A stretch of DNA of 62,354 nucleotides, filler included, from Sphacelaria rigidula (taxonomy: Eukaryota): NCBI GenBank assembly GCA_964200075.2. It is 6 parts of 6 records of this genome, joined end to end, with 100 filler letters (N's around TTAATTAATTAA, not from the genome) between each part and the next. Parts side by side here need not be neighbours in the genome. Positions count along the whole stretch, not along the records: positions 1 to 10,310 come from CAXNAA020006743.1; positions 10,411 to 20,720 come from CAXNAA020006744.1; 4 more parts are not named here. One strand, 5' to 3'. Every line of letters starts with the position of its first letter. Within the stretch, counting starts at the first letter, position 1. The notes under the pieces are model-generated. The model was not told the DNA's origin and did not search any database. It was given only the letters and a program-made list of their open reading frames with translations. This document shows positions 1-12,113 of the stretch, in pieces. Made by a program: the position numbers and the translations under genes.

Positions 1-489
1 CAGGGGCGCTGCGGCTGGAGGTATGCTTGTTGAGGCATCTCAGCAGAAATATAATCGTTCCGAAATTATATGTCAGTATCAAAGCTACACTCAAGAGACG
101 GAACGAGCACAGCAAATCTGCACGTGAAGGAAGTGACACATGTTCCATTGTTAGAGGAGAAGACTTGTCTCAGTATATCTTAGAAAAAATGTCTTGTTCC
201 TCCGCAAACTGAGATGGCTCTTCATGTCGACTCGGATGAGCTTCCTGAAGTGATATTAGCTGCGTTAATTGAGCCCCGCGTAGTCACGGAACAGGGCATT
301 CAATCGTTACACATCCCATCAGTTTCAAACGTCTGATCGTGGCACGCGATTTGCACACGGTCAACCGTGAATGAGGCGGTTACGGTTTATGTCGCTAATC
401 CATCCAGCAGGCACATCTGTATTGAGCGAAAACACTCTGTTAGGATACATTACACTTGCATCAGAGAGAGGTCTGAACAATATAAAGAC

Positions 490-2110
490 ACACAGGCAGT
501 GCAGTTGCCGAAATCAAGTCGCAGGAACAGAGAGACCAAAGTCCTCCATCTGTGTACTTGATACCGGACAATCGCTTCGTGTTCACCGCAGGAGTTAAGA
601 TGCTGAACGATAAGTGAAGCTGAATGTCCACTCCAACCGGTTTCGCAGCGATTCGACAGACTACCCTACAGGGCCAACCCAAGGATACACCAAATCATCG
701 ACAAATGTGTATACGAAGCGAAATCCTCAGCTGATGTGCCTCGTCAATACGTCCTTTCCGTGGTGGATCATGAGACGCGCGATGCACTTTTTATCCCAAT
801 TCTTTGCAAAGCCGCACATTTTGCGCAGCAACAGAGGCCCAAGTCGTCGATCTGTACACTGAATACCGGACAGTCGTTTCGTTTCCATGACGGGAGTTAG
901 GAAGCTAGACGATAAGTGAAGCCAAACTCCACTCCAGAGGGTACACTACGAGTTGACACACTACAGGGCCAACCCGAGGGCACAAGAGGTCATCAATAAA
1001 GGTGTACGATACACGAAATGGTGAGAGACGGTCATCGAGCAAACTCGATTTTCCGTAGACTACAGATCTACCCTCAACAAAAGTCTGGTTCGTAAGTCAT
1101 GGCCGATGCTCCACATGGAACCTCATTGACACGGTAGCGGGAGAAAAATAATTTCTGTCTTCGATGTGCAGAGTGCATTTCACCCAACCCCTTTAGCGGA
1201 AGAACAAATGGAGATGACAGCCTCCGTCACGAGTAGAGGTAGATGGGTATTCAGCCGCCTCCCACTCGGATTAGCGTCATTCCCTTTATCTTTTCACGAG
1301 TAATGACTTGTCACGTCTTCCCACTTTGGACCGGAAAACGGCTTCGTGGTGTACAAGGACGTTTCAATCGAATATTCTGCTTCGCGGGAAAGCCACCTGC
1401 CTCTATCCGAGGCCATGTTCAAGGCGCTGCAAGCAACGGGCCTCACCCTGAAACCGGGAAAAGCACAGATGATGGTTGACAGAGTTCTTACAACACTCGA
1501 TATTCCGGAAAAGTTGTCTCTGATTACTCAAGGCAAAGAGCTTGAGAACCGGGTGATTTACCAGCTACAGACACTGCTACAGACTGAGAACACCCGCGCG
1601 TCTCCATTCACACCTCAAGGCAACGCAGTTTCGGAGCGGGTACACCCGAGTCTACGCACTACGTTGGCAATGCGCAGTTCAGTCAGACGAGACAACTGGG
1701 CAACCACGTGAGCAAACGACGTCATCTGTGCCAAAGTATCGCCACTAGTATACAAAGTGAAGTTGGTTAAAGACGTGAATCAAACGTCTGTACACTTGGC
1801 TCACTCAAAACAAAATACTACCCACAGGAGAAAGCAACGGCGCCCGATTTTCATCGCCTTGCCGACTTTTGGGGGGGGGAAAACGTTGTCCCTTACAGAG
1901 GTTAACCGCCCAGATTCAGAACAACCGAAACAATTCGAATGTTAAATCGTTGACAAGGGGTGGGACATCAACAAAACCCAGGGCGAAAGTGTGACCTCAA
2001 TTATAAATACCGCCTCAAACTCAAAGGTTACGGCCCATAGGCTGACCTAGAGTATCGAGCGGACGAGGTGCCCCTACGTCAACATCTTATACGCGTATTG
2101 AACCAAGGAA
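490..2110 (+). mobile_element. Degenerate Ty3/Gypsy (chromovirus-like) pol remnant: RT, integrase fragment, chromodomain
   Basis: RT motifs PYRANP (~664 and ~962), VDYRSTLN (1055), FDVQSAF (~1160), RLPLGL, and degenerate VYKDV in place of YxDD (~1350), LTLKPGK. Integrase motif SPFTPQGNAVSERVH (~1601-1645). Chromodomain-like YRLKLKGYGP*ADLEYRADEVP (~2008-2075). Many stops and frameshifts; no RNase H visible. Confidence 0.8.
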
Positions 2111-2504
2111 CACTGATTAACGCGCCTTCATCAGACCCGCCGTCTCATAATACGAGAAAAATAAAACGGGTTAGTGAAACTGTTCAAGCGGAAACCAAGT
2201 TTCCCGTAGAGAACAATGCCCGCAAACGTGACGTGCAGGGAAATTTCCCACTATATGCAGACGGGTTCGGTATAAAATCAGGACAACACACGATTGATGC
2301 CATGGTCACCGCGACCACAAGGACATCAGGGGTGGAGAGAGGCTCGACCCAAAGGTCTGAGCTCTCACCACCAAAATAGGGGTATCGTTGGCGAGGATAG
2401 CCGTGGAAATTTTGGAATCTTGGAAGTACACCACTTCAGACATACGGAAAACAGCCACCGTTCTCCTTTTGTCTCGATATTGGTCCCCCCCAGACGCAAG
2501 TTGA

Positions 2505-2570
2505 CTGACTGATTGATTGATTGATTGATTGATTATCTCACATTAGCTGATGGCAACAATCCAGCCCGTG
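2505..2570 (-). mobile_element. SINE/LINE 3' tail ending in (AATC)n, dispersed family A
   Basis: Minus strand reads CACGGGCTGGAT..ATCAGCTAATGTGAGATAATCAATCAATC. Homologous copies at ~20440-20503(+), ~23820-23885(+), ~26295-26350(+), ~30822-30912(-), ~36420-36480(-), ~38812-38906(+). Confidence 0.7.
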
Positions 2571-3697
2571 ATCAGGAGCAGCAGAAATAGAACAGAACAA
2601 TTACAAATACAAGATACAAAAAAAAAACACCACCACCACCACCACCAACAACAACAAAAACAAACAACAACAGTAACAGCAACAACAACGACAAACACAA
2701 ACACAAGCACAAGCACGGACAAGGATGATGATCGCGCATTACGTAGCTGATTGCAACACTCCAGCTCGTAATTATTACCATATCATACGGAAATCACCAC
2801 AGGTTCAGTGTCCAAGCAAAAGGCGCGACGGCAACCCTTTCCCATGCGAAAAACCAATGTATTCCACTGAATCGCCCATAAATCAGTATCTATGGGGGCA
2901 CCAGAATCTGTACTGATCACACAGATTTCACAGATGCCGCGATCAAGTGATCAAGTCACCAACCGCCGACACAAGTATGCTGATTACATGAACCTGGATG
3001 CGAACGTCGATACAATTTACCGTCTTGTGTTTACTCAACACGATAGTATAAAGGATATGAAACGTTCTCACACAGGCCAGTATAATGGTATCGTAACACA
3101 CACACAAAGAAGGATCCACGTTGTCATCATTCTCCTCATGGATGATCGCCTCAGTCCCTCGAATAGAGAGACTTGAGGCGCATCAAAAGGGAGGGTGATG
3201 TGGAGACCACATATGTATCAGCGTAATGACATCCAAATACACATGTAAGCCGGAGAAACAGTCTCAGCAACGGGGTATGCCAGTGACACACATGAGCGGA
3301 CCCGAAACGTTCAAACCTGTAAAACTGGATCTTCGCCAACCTAGGCAAACCGGGTCTACGGTACAAGAGCCCAAAACAATGGGAACACCGCATGAACCCT
3401 GGTGGAACGAAGCCGGCACTACCGTACCACCTCGTTCACCTCTTCTCCTTGCCTACCATCGGTCACGGCCGCATCCCTGCCCAAATAACAAGAAAGACAA
3501 TGACGCCTCGCTCTGGAGATCCTTCGGCACCAGGGTACGACAACGTTCTTCTTCGGTGCCCGTAACTCTACTGCCTCACCCCTAGCGAGGCTTACCTTAC
3601 AAGAGTGGTGATAGTGCTATGTCGTGTGTAGGCTAGACACGTCTGGCCTGTTGTGCTTTCGGATCTTCTGTGGGGGACCTCTTTGAATAGCACTCCA

Positions 3698-3850
3698 CGA
3701 GCTGGGCCAGCAGTAAATCCCGCATTTGCATGTCACACCACAGCTCATCAAATTTACCAAATCAGCCCGACTTCAGCATAACAGCAGTAAGTTGAGGACG
3801 AAAAAAACAAAAAGAAGGGAATGCTATCATACATAACCACGCGGAACGGT
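3698..3850 (-). mobile_element. Partial copy (one end) of the CGAGCTGGGCCA-TIR MITE
   Basis: 3698-3780 matches the reverse complement of 24420-24504 (cgagctgg-ccag-agtaaatcccgcatt...ccaaatcagc-cgactt-agcat). Confidence 0.7.
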
Positions 3851-4069
3851 AAAACAAGGAAGGCCTGAACGACGGGGTCTCTGCGCCTTCGCACTATCGC
3901 CAAGTCGATTGCCGCCAACCTAGAGGTGGTGGTAGGTACATCTCCCGCTATAATTCGAAAATTCTAGGATTCGACCCATGATGTGGGAGGACAGAGCTGA
4001 AATTGATGAAATATTTGTGTGACGCCCGAAGACTCACAAACCCAAACACAACGCATGAGGCACATACGA

Positions 4070-4245
4070 CTACAAATCTTGGAGATATGGGTTGTGCATG
4101 TGCTGAAATCGCCTAGATATAGGTTGTGTATGATGACCTACGTACTATGGGGCAACAAGCAAGCGTCAGTTACTGCAAATACCGACAACATATGGTGCGA
4201 CATGAAGCGGGAACCTCGCATTTCCATCGACATCTTACGCACGCA
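4070..4245 (+). pseudogene. Possible BED zinc-finger remnant of a hAT transposase
   Basis: Frameshifted peptides EIWVVHVLKSPRYRLCM and SYCKYRQHMVRHEAGTSHFHRHL resemble the BED motif W..C..C..GTSNLxRHL. Confidence 0.3.
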
Positions 4246-4824
4246 GGGCAATGCGGGAAGAGGCGAGGTTGCGTGAGAAATATCAAAAGAAACGAATGTA
4301 TAGCGCTCTGGCTTGTGGGCGCTCGCGGCTTCGTCTTCATCACATATCTCCCTTCTTCGCTGAATCGTCATTTTTCTGCGTCGAACTCCGGTCATTTTTG
4401 GCTTGGTACATCTGTCTTGGGCGCGGACAGGAATCAAACTGTAGGACGTCCCAAATAGAATTCTGTAATCGCCTCATCGAATTAAATTGCAGTCACATAT
4501 GGGTCATCATTTGTTTGAGATGACTAATGCTGAACAGAACCTGCAAACATCAATGCTTGAAATGCCTTCGCTAGCGATGCCGAACATCGAAGCCACGGCC
4601 AAAAAATAAGCTGAGACACTGGTAGTCCGATGCACTAGTCCACGTCCGAAACGGAGGCCTGAACAGCCAGTTACTTCCTCGTTTGAGAGCAGGAACTACA
4701 GTTGCCAGGCGACTGCTCGACCAGAGTACTGTACCGTAGTACGTTGAGCATCCGTATCGTTTCGTGCTGATGGGTTACGTTCATGAATGTGCTGCCGAGT
4801 TTGCTGCCTTGGGTCCCGATGGCG

Positions 4825-4935
4825 GGGGGGGGGGTGTACTCATGATCATGCATGTCATAGTCATACGACGGGTAACCTCGCGGACCTACAAAGTCGGCAC
4901 GGATCACGCCGGGTTTTTGCCGGACCAGGCTCGCA
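4825..4935 (+). repeat. Dispersed ~110-bp repeat family B (G-run, TACTCATGATC...CCTACAAAGCCGGGACGGAGCACGCCGGGTTT...GACCAGG)
   Basis: Copies at ~5500-5670 (two units, +), 10286-10310 (truncated at contig end), ~11575-11690(-) and ~13195-13295(-). Confidence 0.75.
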
Positions 4936-5061
4936 CTCAATCACCAAGCGCGAAACGCCGTGGCGCGTTCGGCGAGTCGCATGAAGGGTGAGCTGCATCT
5001 TGCTAAGATTGTTCGGTTCGAAGCCTATCGGTTATCTTGCATGTGGATGACAGCCTACAAT

Positions 5062-5390
5062 GAGCTGCTTCATTTTCTGGCATTGCCACTTCCAGAGACA
5101 GCTACGGCTTATGCACTGCCTCACGGGTGTCTCACCATTTGAACACCACGTAGTACGATCATCCTCCCTGTGCGGAGTTGAGGTTCTCCCACGCCGTACA
5201 AAATGGTCTAGCTTGACTACCATCAGGAGCTGCTTTATTTTCTGGCATTGCCACTTCCTGAGACGGCCACGGCTTATACACTGCCTTGTGGGTTTCTCAC
5301 CATTTCAACACCACGTAGGACGATCATCCCCATGGTGCGGAGTTGAAGTTCTATTACGCCGCACAATTTGATCTAGCTCGACTACTAATG
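5062..5390 (+). repeat. Tandem duplication, ~166-bp unit x2
   Basis: GAGCTGCTTyATTTTCTGGCATTGCCACTTCC starts at 5062 and 5228; the copies align through ...TCTAGCTyGACTAC. Confidence 0.9.
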
Positions 5391-5736
5391 GGTACCGCGA
5401 AAAAACGCAAGCGCGTAAAATAAATCGGTAGCCTGGTTGCCTAGCTTACGCAATGAGAGGCGTGTTTCACAGCGTCATCGCCAACCGACGCATACACCAT
5501 CGGGGGTCCGCCCCTACAGAGCCGGGACGGAGCACGCCGGGTTTCCGCCGGACCAGAGGGAGGGGGACGGTGGGTACTCATGATCTTGCGTACCATTATC
5601 ATATGACCCTTGAACTCGCATCCCTACAAAGCCGGGATGAAGCACACCAGGGTTTCGCCAGACCAGGCTCTGTCCCGGGGCAGGGGTGGGTTGATCTTCA
5701 GACCACGGACTCGCCCCAATACGGGCAGGGGTTCAG

Positions 5737-5738
5737 AG

Positions 5739-5779
<41 letters not shown>
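5737..5779 (+). repeat. (GTT)n microsatellite
   Basis: Direct reading. Confidence 0.95.
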
Positions 5780-5780
<1 letters not shown>

Positions 5781-6299
5781 CAACACGATAAAAACAAAAG
5801 TGCGACAAACAAATACATCCGTGATTCGGCCAGGACAACTCTTTGCGACGGTTGCAGTCTGTGAATTTGTCCACGACACACAAGGCCGCTGTAGAACTGA
5901 CGGAACTTTCCCGAGTACGCAGTAACCACCATCAGCTATGGGATCTAAGACAAAAAAACATACAATACAGAAGGTATGGGATCGAGCTATACCCCCGAAA
6001 CGTGGTATTTCGGTGAAGTTGGGTTCTGGCGATTTCTACTGATTATATGAATGAAAAAGCGAAAAAGCCTCCTGATGTTTCCCCTTGAGGCTGTCGTAGG
6101 GAAACTCCGATCATCCTCGAACTTACGTTCGGTAGATATGGGTGTCACACGAGCAATGCCACGATACGGGTGCAATTTGTTTCTCTGAGCCTCCTTGTCG
6201 TAGAAGCCTCTCCATGACAAATATCTGAGCCTTTGTGTGCAACCTCAGACATATTTTGGCCCAAAAAGTGCACCCTTTACCGAGACATCACTCACCAAA

Positions 6300-7800
6300 T
6301 GAAAGCAAAAAACGTTGAGGAATACAAGTTTATCCGCTTTTTACCGGCTTCCGAGGGTCTCAGCAGGACCCCCAGAATGCGGCACAGAACGCCTAAAAAA
6401 ACGAACTTCCAACCAGACTCGTCCCGAAGTGGTCCATGGGCTGTTTGTACAAAGGCTCGTTGCGTATCTCGAAAAGATTATCCCAAACGGTCGATGCCAG
6501 CTGAAGCGCACAAGGAACATGTCGGTAGAACACTAAAACCGAGTAATTACGGGGATTCCGCGTACACTTGCATCTTTCAGCGTACATGGGCGATTTCAAG
6601 CGGTGTTTTTCCGAGTTAGACCCCGAAACTTTGCGCACGGGTGCTCTGGGATAAATAGCAACTCTGTATTAGTACCGTGACTTTATTCTATGCTTCTTTC
6701 GCCGCAACAACACCCATTCATACGGAATTTTCAAATATCTCACATCACCTGTGTGCAAAGTTCAAGAATCTAGCCAAAAAATGCATTTCATTACCGTGGA
6801 GGCTAGCTGCGGCGGTAAATCTCATGAACCTTGAAGAGGCATACCGAAGCAGGCCTTGGAGGACGCAGAGGCGTTCCAGCGTGTATAAAAAGGGAGCGAA
6901 TGGCCGGTCCAACACTGTCCGTCATGTGGTCGCGGTATCTTTGAGGGTCAACACCCACTTAATCCTCTTGTGCCCTACCCCGTGTTAGCACAACATGAAT
7001 GTAGGGTTGACGTTGCATTCCATCATATCAAGATCGTGCTAAACCCATGACACCAGCAGAGGGCGGAACAAACAGTGTGACATGGCTAGATGATTTCTTG
7101 CGTCCTTTCCCGTGGCTCTGGGAGCAAAGACATTCCTAGGCTTATCAGGGGCCTTTGAATCGAAAACGCAGGATGCCTTTAGTCGCTGTCTCTTGTAACG
7201 TTTGTAGAAAAGCTGCGATAACCCTCACGTTGGCAGTTCGGTAGATATGTGCCACCAACCAAAAAACCAACATCGTAGAAGCATATCTCGGAGTTTATTC
7301 ACTCTTTACCGTTTTTCCGGGGGTCCCAGCCTAAGAATGAATCCCCAGAAGTCGGTACTCAAAATAGAACCTTTGAATTTGTATCGTCCTAAGGTAGTCT
7401 AAGGAACGTTTATGCGAAGTTTCGTTGCGTAATTCGAAGCGCTAGTCCCAAACGGTAGATTTAGACTCACGCACACAAAAATACTATAATCTAGTCATTG
7501 AGGGGGTTGCGCGTGCGTTTGTATACCTTACACGTACGGGCGATTATTCACGCCGTTTTTCGAGTGAAACCCTGAAACATTGCACGCGGGTGCATAGAAT
7601 CGCTCAGAAGAGCTGAATCAAGGGCTTCTTTCGATCCCTTTTGTTTCGCTACATAAATCAAAAGACCTCATTGACACAGCCTTCAAGAATATCTCGGGAA
7701 ATCCGTGCGCAAACCTTCAGGGTTTAACTCGAAAAAACGAAGTGAATAACTGCTGAGGAGTAAGATCCGGTCGTTCATCTCAAACCAGCCTGTACGCAGC
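6300..7800. repeat. Dispersed repeat family C: direct copies ~6300-6650 and ~7290-7595, inverted copy from ~7700, another at ~56085-56130
   Basis: Shared motif GAGTTAGACCCyGAAAC..TGCrCACG at ~6612, ~7561 and ~56094, reverse complement at ~7706-7740. Also shared: TCCCAAACGGT and GGGCGATT. Confidence 0.6.
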
Positions 7801-8904
7801 GTACAATCGCCTGGGGTCGCCGATACCATTGAATCAAAACCTTCCTGAGGCCTAAACTTGCACATACGTGAAGCTTCAGCGTGGTCAGACGCAACGTGCG
7901 CTGTGTTTGAACACCCAACTCTCAAATATACCGCCTACATATATTACCGAGAAGGAATAGCCCTGCGTACGGCCAAAGCGCACATATTCCCCGAGATATC
8001 AGACGCCGACAGTTTAGACACGTGGCTGTCACCGAGACCGTCCGCTTGGTTATTCGGAAAAACATATTGTTCGCAATGGGCGGCAAGGGTGCAAAGCATG
8101 CATTACGACACGAGGTCTATTGAACACATTTCGTAGGTACTTCACAATAGGCGAAAGACTCGTTCCTGTGCGGCGTACACTTTTGCTATTGCTGTCCATT
8201 GCCCAAGTTGTGACACATCTACACACTTGATCGAACAAGACTTTCGCGCAATATCATCGCTTGATTTGAGTGCACACCGATCTTCGGATATTCAGTGCCG
8301 CTGACAGATCCAAATGCTCCTACCGTAGCGTGTGCACAACGCGTTTTCGTCCAAATCGGCGACGCAGGCCCCGATTTGAGGTCTGCCCACGCACATTTTC
8401 CTCAAGCATTCTCTGCGCTTACCCTGCCCGAGGGTTCACGATATGCCTATGGTTGGCCTTAGCCTCAGCCTTATAGGGAAGTCATGAACTCCCAAAACAA
8501 ATATTCAAAGAGATATTCAACCCGGTGATGATATGAGCTCACGAACCCTCGACTACGACCCCCCCCCCTCAAATGGATCCGGATAGACCATGCCAGGTTT
8601 GGCGTTCAGAACAACTGATTCTTCACTAGACAAAATGCCTTGTTTCACGAAGGTGTTGCCATAAAACGCCTGACCAGTGTTGCGGGCAAGTGCATGCAGA
8701 GTCAGTATGTACTTTTTCGCTGAGCAATTTTGAGTGTTCGCGGACGCAAGCTTCTCATGGTTTGCAACCGGCCCGCGTTGGCGGCCGCCACTGCTGCGAT
8801 ATAGGCAAACGATATACATCCTTTCCTCGTATGCATTCTTTCGCAGCGATCCTGGTACTGTCGGGGCAGGGCTGGCACATCTTCAGTGTGTGCTAATCTT
8901 GCAA

Positions 8905-9295
8905 GAACGTCACATCGTCTCAACTGTCATCCCACTTCTGTTACTTTCTGTTCTGCTGCTAGTCTACTGCAGATACATTATGCGAGCTGTTTTGATGAGC
9001 GGCTGAGTACAACGGTGTGAAACAAGCGGCGTGCTATCGCTCTCCCGTTAACACAGTGTACTGCCCGAACAAAGCTGGCACGCCTCGAGAGTGTTCTTTG
9101 ATATTCCATGCATGTTACGTCGTCTCAACTTCATGCACAGTCTCTTTTGTGGTCTCTGTAGTACTGCTGCTGCAGCTGGTTCTGCCGGTCTCCCCGACTT
9201 GATGCAAACTGCTCACCATATTGGTGGCTGAACACAACGGTAAGAAACAGTCGGCTTCGAATCGCTCTCGACTGAACACCGTGTACGGCACGCTG
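8905..9295 (+). repeat. Diverged tandem duplication, ~225-bp period
   Basis: TCGTCTCAACT and GGCTGArYACAACGGT..GAAACA..CGGC...ATCGCTCTC..AACAC.GTGTAC each occur twice in the same order. Confidence 0.7.
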
Positions 9296-9460
9296 CTAAC
9301 GTCTCTGCCGAGTATTCCACAACATCACAGACGACAGTATGGAGCTATGCTGGCAACATAGGAGGGGTCAGGCAGGCGGCAAATAGTACGAGCAGTGTAA
9401 AAAGCAATATCTGCTGATGTTCCTCATAGTTGGTTGGCTGTGACCAAAAATGGTTGAATA

Positions 9461-10061
9461 CGAGCTGGGCCAGCCAACAATGGGTAGTTTTATCGCTCAG
9501 GCGACGCATAGCGTAAATTTAGGAGTTCGATGCTGAAATTTTGATAGCAGATTATTATGACTGCCATGCAAAGCATCCCGAGAGCAGCATAGTAAAATGT
9601 GAAGAAAAAAATCAGTAGTGAGGATTTGAAATTCTAGCAAAAACAAGATAACGTCATAAACCGGGAAAAAAACGAGAATTTGCAGCTGCTCCCGGCATGT
9701 ATCATTTCCTTGGGTGCGGGAGGTCTTCCCGAAATTCCAGCCCAACACTCGTCGAATTGGGTCGTGCGTGCAACGTTTTGCGTGACACAGCCGCACCCCT
9801 GTGGTTCAAGTGATACGGGAGACTCTAGTTTTTACGTCATGTGTTCGAATCCCGACATTTTCTCTTTTTTTTTTCGTCCGTCGATAAGGTCATACATTGT
9901 GCGGTACATGTTCCCATCCTTTTTATTCATATAGCGGCGGTGCCGTGTGTTACCAAGTTGGTCTGCACTTCGCAGTGATATGCTTACATAGCGTTCATTC
10001 GGGAAACTGGAGAGGCTGTGATGTGAAAAACGTTTGGCCGCTTTCAGGTTGGCCCAGCTCG
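9461..10061 (+). mobile_element. MITE (Tc1/mariner-type, TA-flanked), TIR CGAGCTGGGCCA, with internal tRNA-like module
   Basis: TA|CGAGCTGGGCCA ... TGGCCCAGCTCG|TA. Colinear with 23902-24504 and with 27301-28078 (inverted). A-box/B-box-like segment at ~9795-9857 followed by a T-run. Confidence 0.8.
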
Positions 10062-10310
10062 TATCGCTACGCTGTGAGAGGTTCTGAATGCGGTCTTCCT
10101 GTAGGCGGAGAACTAGACCATTTTGGTAACTGCGATTGGTCAAAATGATCTTCAGGGTCCTTCTTATCGAAGGGGATTTTCCCCGTTTTGAAAGCCGACC
10201 GCTGATTGGTCGCTGCGATACCACCCCCCACCCCCCACAAAAACAACAAAATCCCCTAAATGTGCCTGGGAATCCTTCGAGTGAGCGGGGGTGTACTGAT
10301 GATCATGCAT

Positions 10311-10410
10311 NNNNNNNNNNNNNNNNNNNNNNNNNNNNNNNNNNNNNNNNNNNNTTAATTAATTAANNNNNNNNNNNNNNNNNNNNNNNNNNNNNNNNNN
10401 NNNNNNNNNN
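10311..10410. other. Artificial contig linker
   Basis: N44-TTAATTAATTAA-N44, which puts stops in all six frames. Confidence 0.99.
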
Positions 10411-10454
10411 CCCGCCGGCTTGGCGGGCTTGGGGGGCGGGGGGGTGTGGCGTGG

Positions 10455-10501
<47 letters not shown>

Positions 10502-10875
10502 CACGACGTATTTTGAGGGGAAACCGAAAAGTAGGTACTATTAATAGAGTGTCAAGGGCTTTTGGTTAGCTTAGATTTGGCGGTGCTGCATCGTGCGATG
10601 CACGGGGGACGTACGTGGGGGACGAGAGGCGCATCGTAACGTGCGCATACGAGTGGGCAGGGGTATGCCACGGACTCGTTAGGCAGACTCGCGTTTGGAC
10701 TGACTGCCAAAAGACAAGCAAGATACAAGGAGCTACGAAAAATGACGGGATAACGTCGGGAGCGCTTGCTTTGACAATTACTTGGTTCTTACGCCGGTAC
10801 AGTGCACATGGATCCAGCACGTTAACGTCAGATTTGAGTGGTTCTCGTATCGACATTCCCTTTCTCTCTGCTCAC

Positions 10876-10965
10876 CTCCGTCGTGCGGCATGCGTTGGAG
10901 CCCATGACCGATCGGGTCGTCTGACCGTTACTCCTGCGGCTCAGGGCAATCCAGACAGCAATACC
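10876..10965 (-). CDS. bHLH/F-box gene, exon 5 (last seen; gene runs off the contig)
   Basis: aatag|GGTATT...ACGGAG|gtgagc; 90 nt, phase 0/0; GIAVWIALSRRSNGQTTRSVMGSNACRTTE. Confidence 0.75.
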
Positions 10966-11718
10966 CTATTTGTGGCACGCACCGATGAGAACATATTCGG
11001 CGACGACAGGCGGTAATAATGAGGGAACGTAACGAAACATTTCGGGACATGAAAGTGCAAGCGACTCTAGCTCACCTGAATACAAGGATTCGAAACAGTT
11101 CGGAAGGGAGGGGCGCGCGCGCGGGAGGGTGGGGGAGAAAGGTTCGAAGCATGCAGCACACACCTGCCTTGGCCTTACCCTCTCGAGACCACGGGTTAGA
11201 ACATGACTCATAGTATCGGTTCACTTTCTCCTGGTCTTTAATCTATTTTCCTAGAAAAAGGGAAACGACACGTATAGTAGGCCGGCTGAGCGTTATCAAT
11301 TTTCGCCGATCAACAATACAATCTCCACATCCAAGCAAAACCATCAAGCGCTCTCTTGGCGCTTTTATTCTCCTACGATACCAAGACGCGAAAAAAAAAA
11401 GTAAAAAAAAATGGGAAAGGCAGGTGTATCCCCCTTCTCCCTGGACAGCCCGCATCACGGAGATGACGCTGTTGTCATCCTCCCCCTCCCCCTCCCCCTC
11501 CCCCTCCCCGGGGAGCGGCGGCGTACTCACAAGACAAGCAACTAACGAGTACGCCCTACCCCCCTTCCCCCCCGCGAGCCTGGTCCGGCGAAAACCCGGC
11601 GTGCTCCGTCCCGGCTTTGTAGGGATGCGATCTCACTGACCATGTGACTACGGCATGCAAGATCATGAGTACAAGCCCCCCCTTCCCCCCAAGCCCCCTT
11701 CTCTGTAACACCCCCCAC

Positions 11719-11938
11719 CTGCTCGACACTCCTGCCGATAACGAGGTGCACCGGATTAAGCGCCCCCGTAGGCACGCGCAACTCCCGGTGGAGGCGACCG
11801 TACACCTGGCGCCAGGTCGGCGGCGGCTCCGGCGGCGAGACGACTGCGACCATCTCATCGCATTTAGGGGTCCGCCACACCTCGGCGTGGCGTTCCGCCG
11901 GGCATAATCTCCAACGGGACACGCACAGGTTGCTCCAG
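11719..11938 (-). CDS. bHLH/F-box gene, exon 4 (post-F-box helices)
   Basis: Polypyrimidine tract + tag|CTGGAGC...GAGCAG|gtgggg; 220 nt, phase 2/0; WSNLCVSRW...TWRQVYGRLH. Confidence 0.8.
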
Positions 11939-12049
11939 CTATTGAGGTCGAGATGATAAAAAAAAAAGACGAGAAGAGGGAGGCGGGAGGGGGTTCGCAC
12001 ATGGCAAACTTAGTTGGAGGAAGGGCCATCGATTCAGTGGCCGTTCTCA

Positions 12050-12113
12050 ATGGCTAGGCAGGTAGGCATATCTACCGAGAGAAATGGCTAGGCACGGAGG
12101 TATATCTACCGAG
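12050..12113 (+). repeat. Short tandem duplication (~33 bp x2)
   Basis: AATGGCTAGGCA...ATATCTACCGAGA occurs twice. Confidence 0.85.

Noticed and set aside
9795..9857. tRNA gene
   Set aside because: A/B boxes are present but the acceptor and anticodon stems do not pair; embedded in a MITE. The same applies at ~24235-24300 and 25171-25238.
10355..10366. Periodic TTAATTAATTAA motif every ~10.4 kb
   Set aside because: Synthetic six-frame-stop linker inside N runs.
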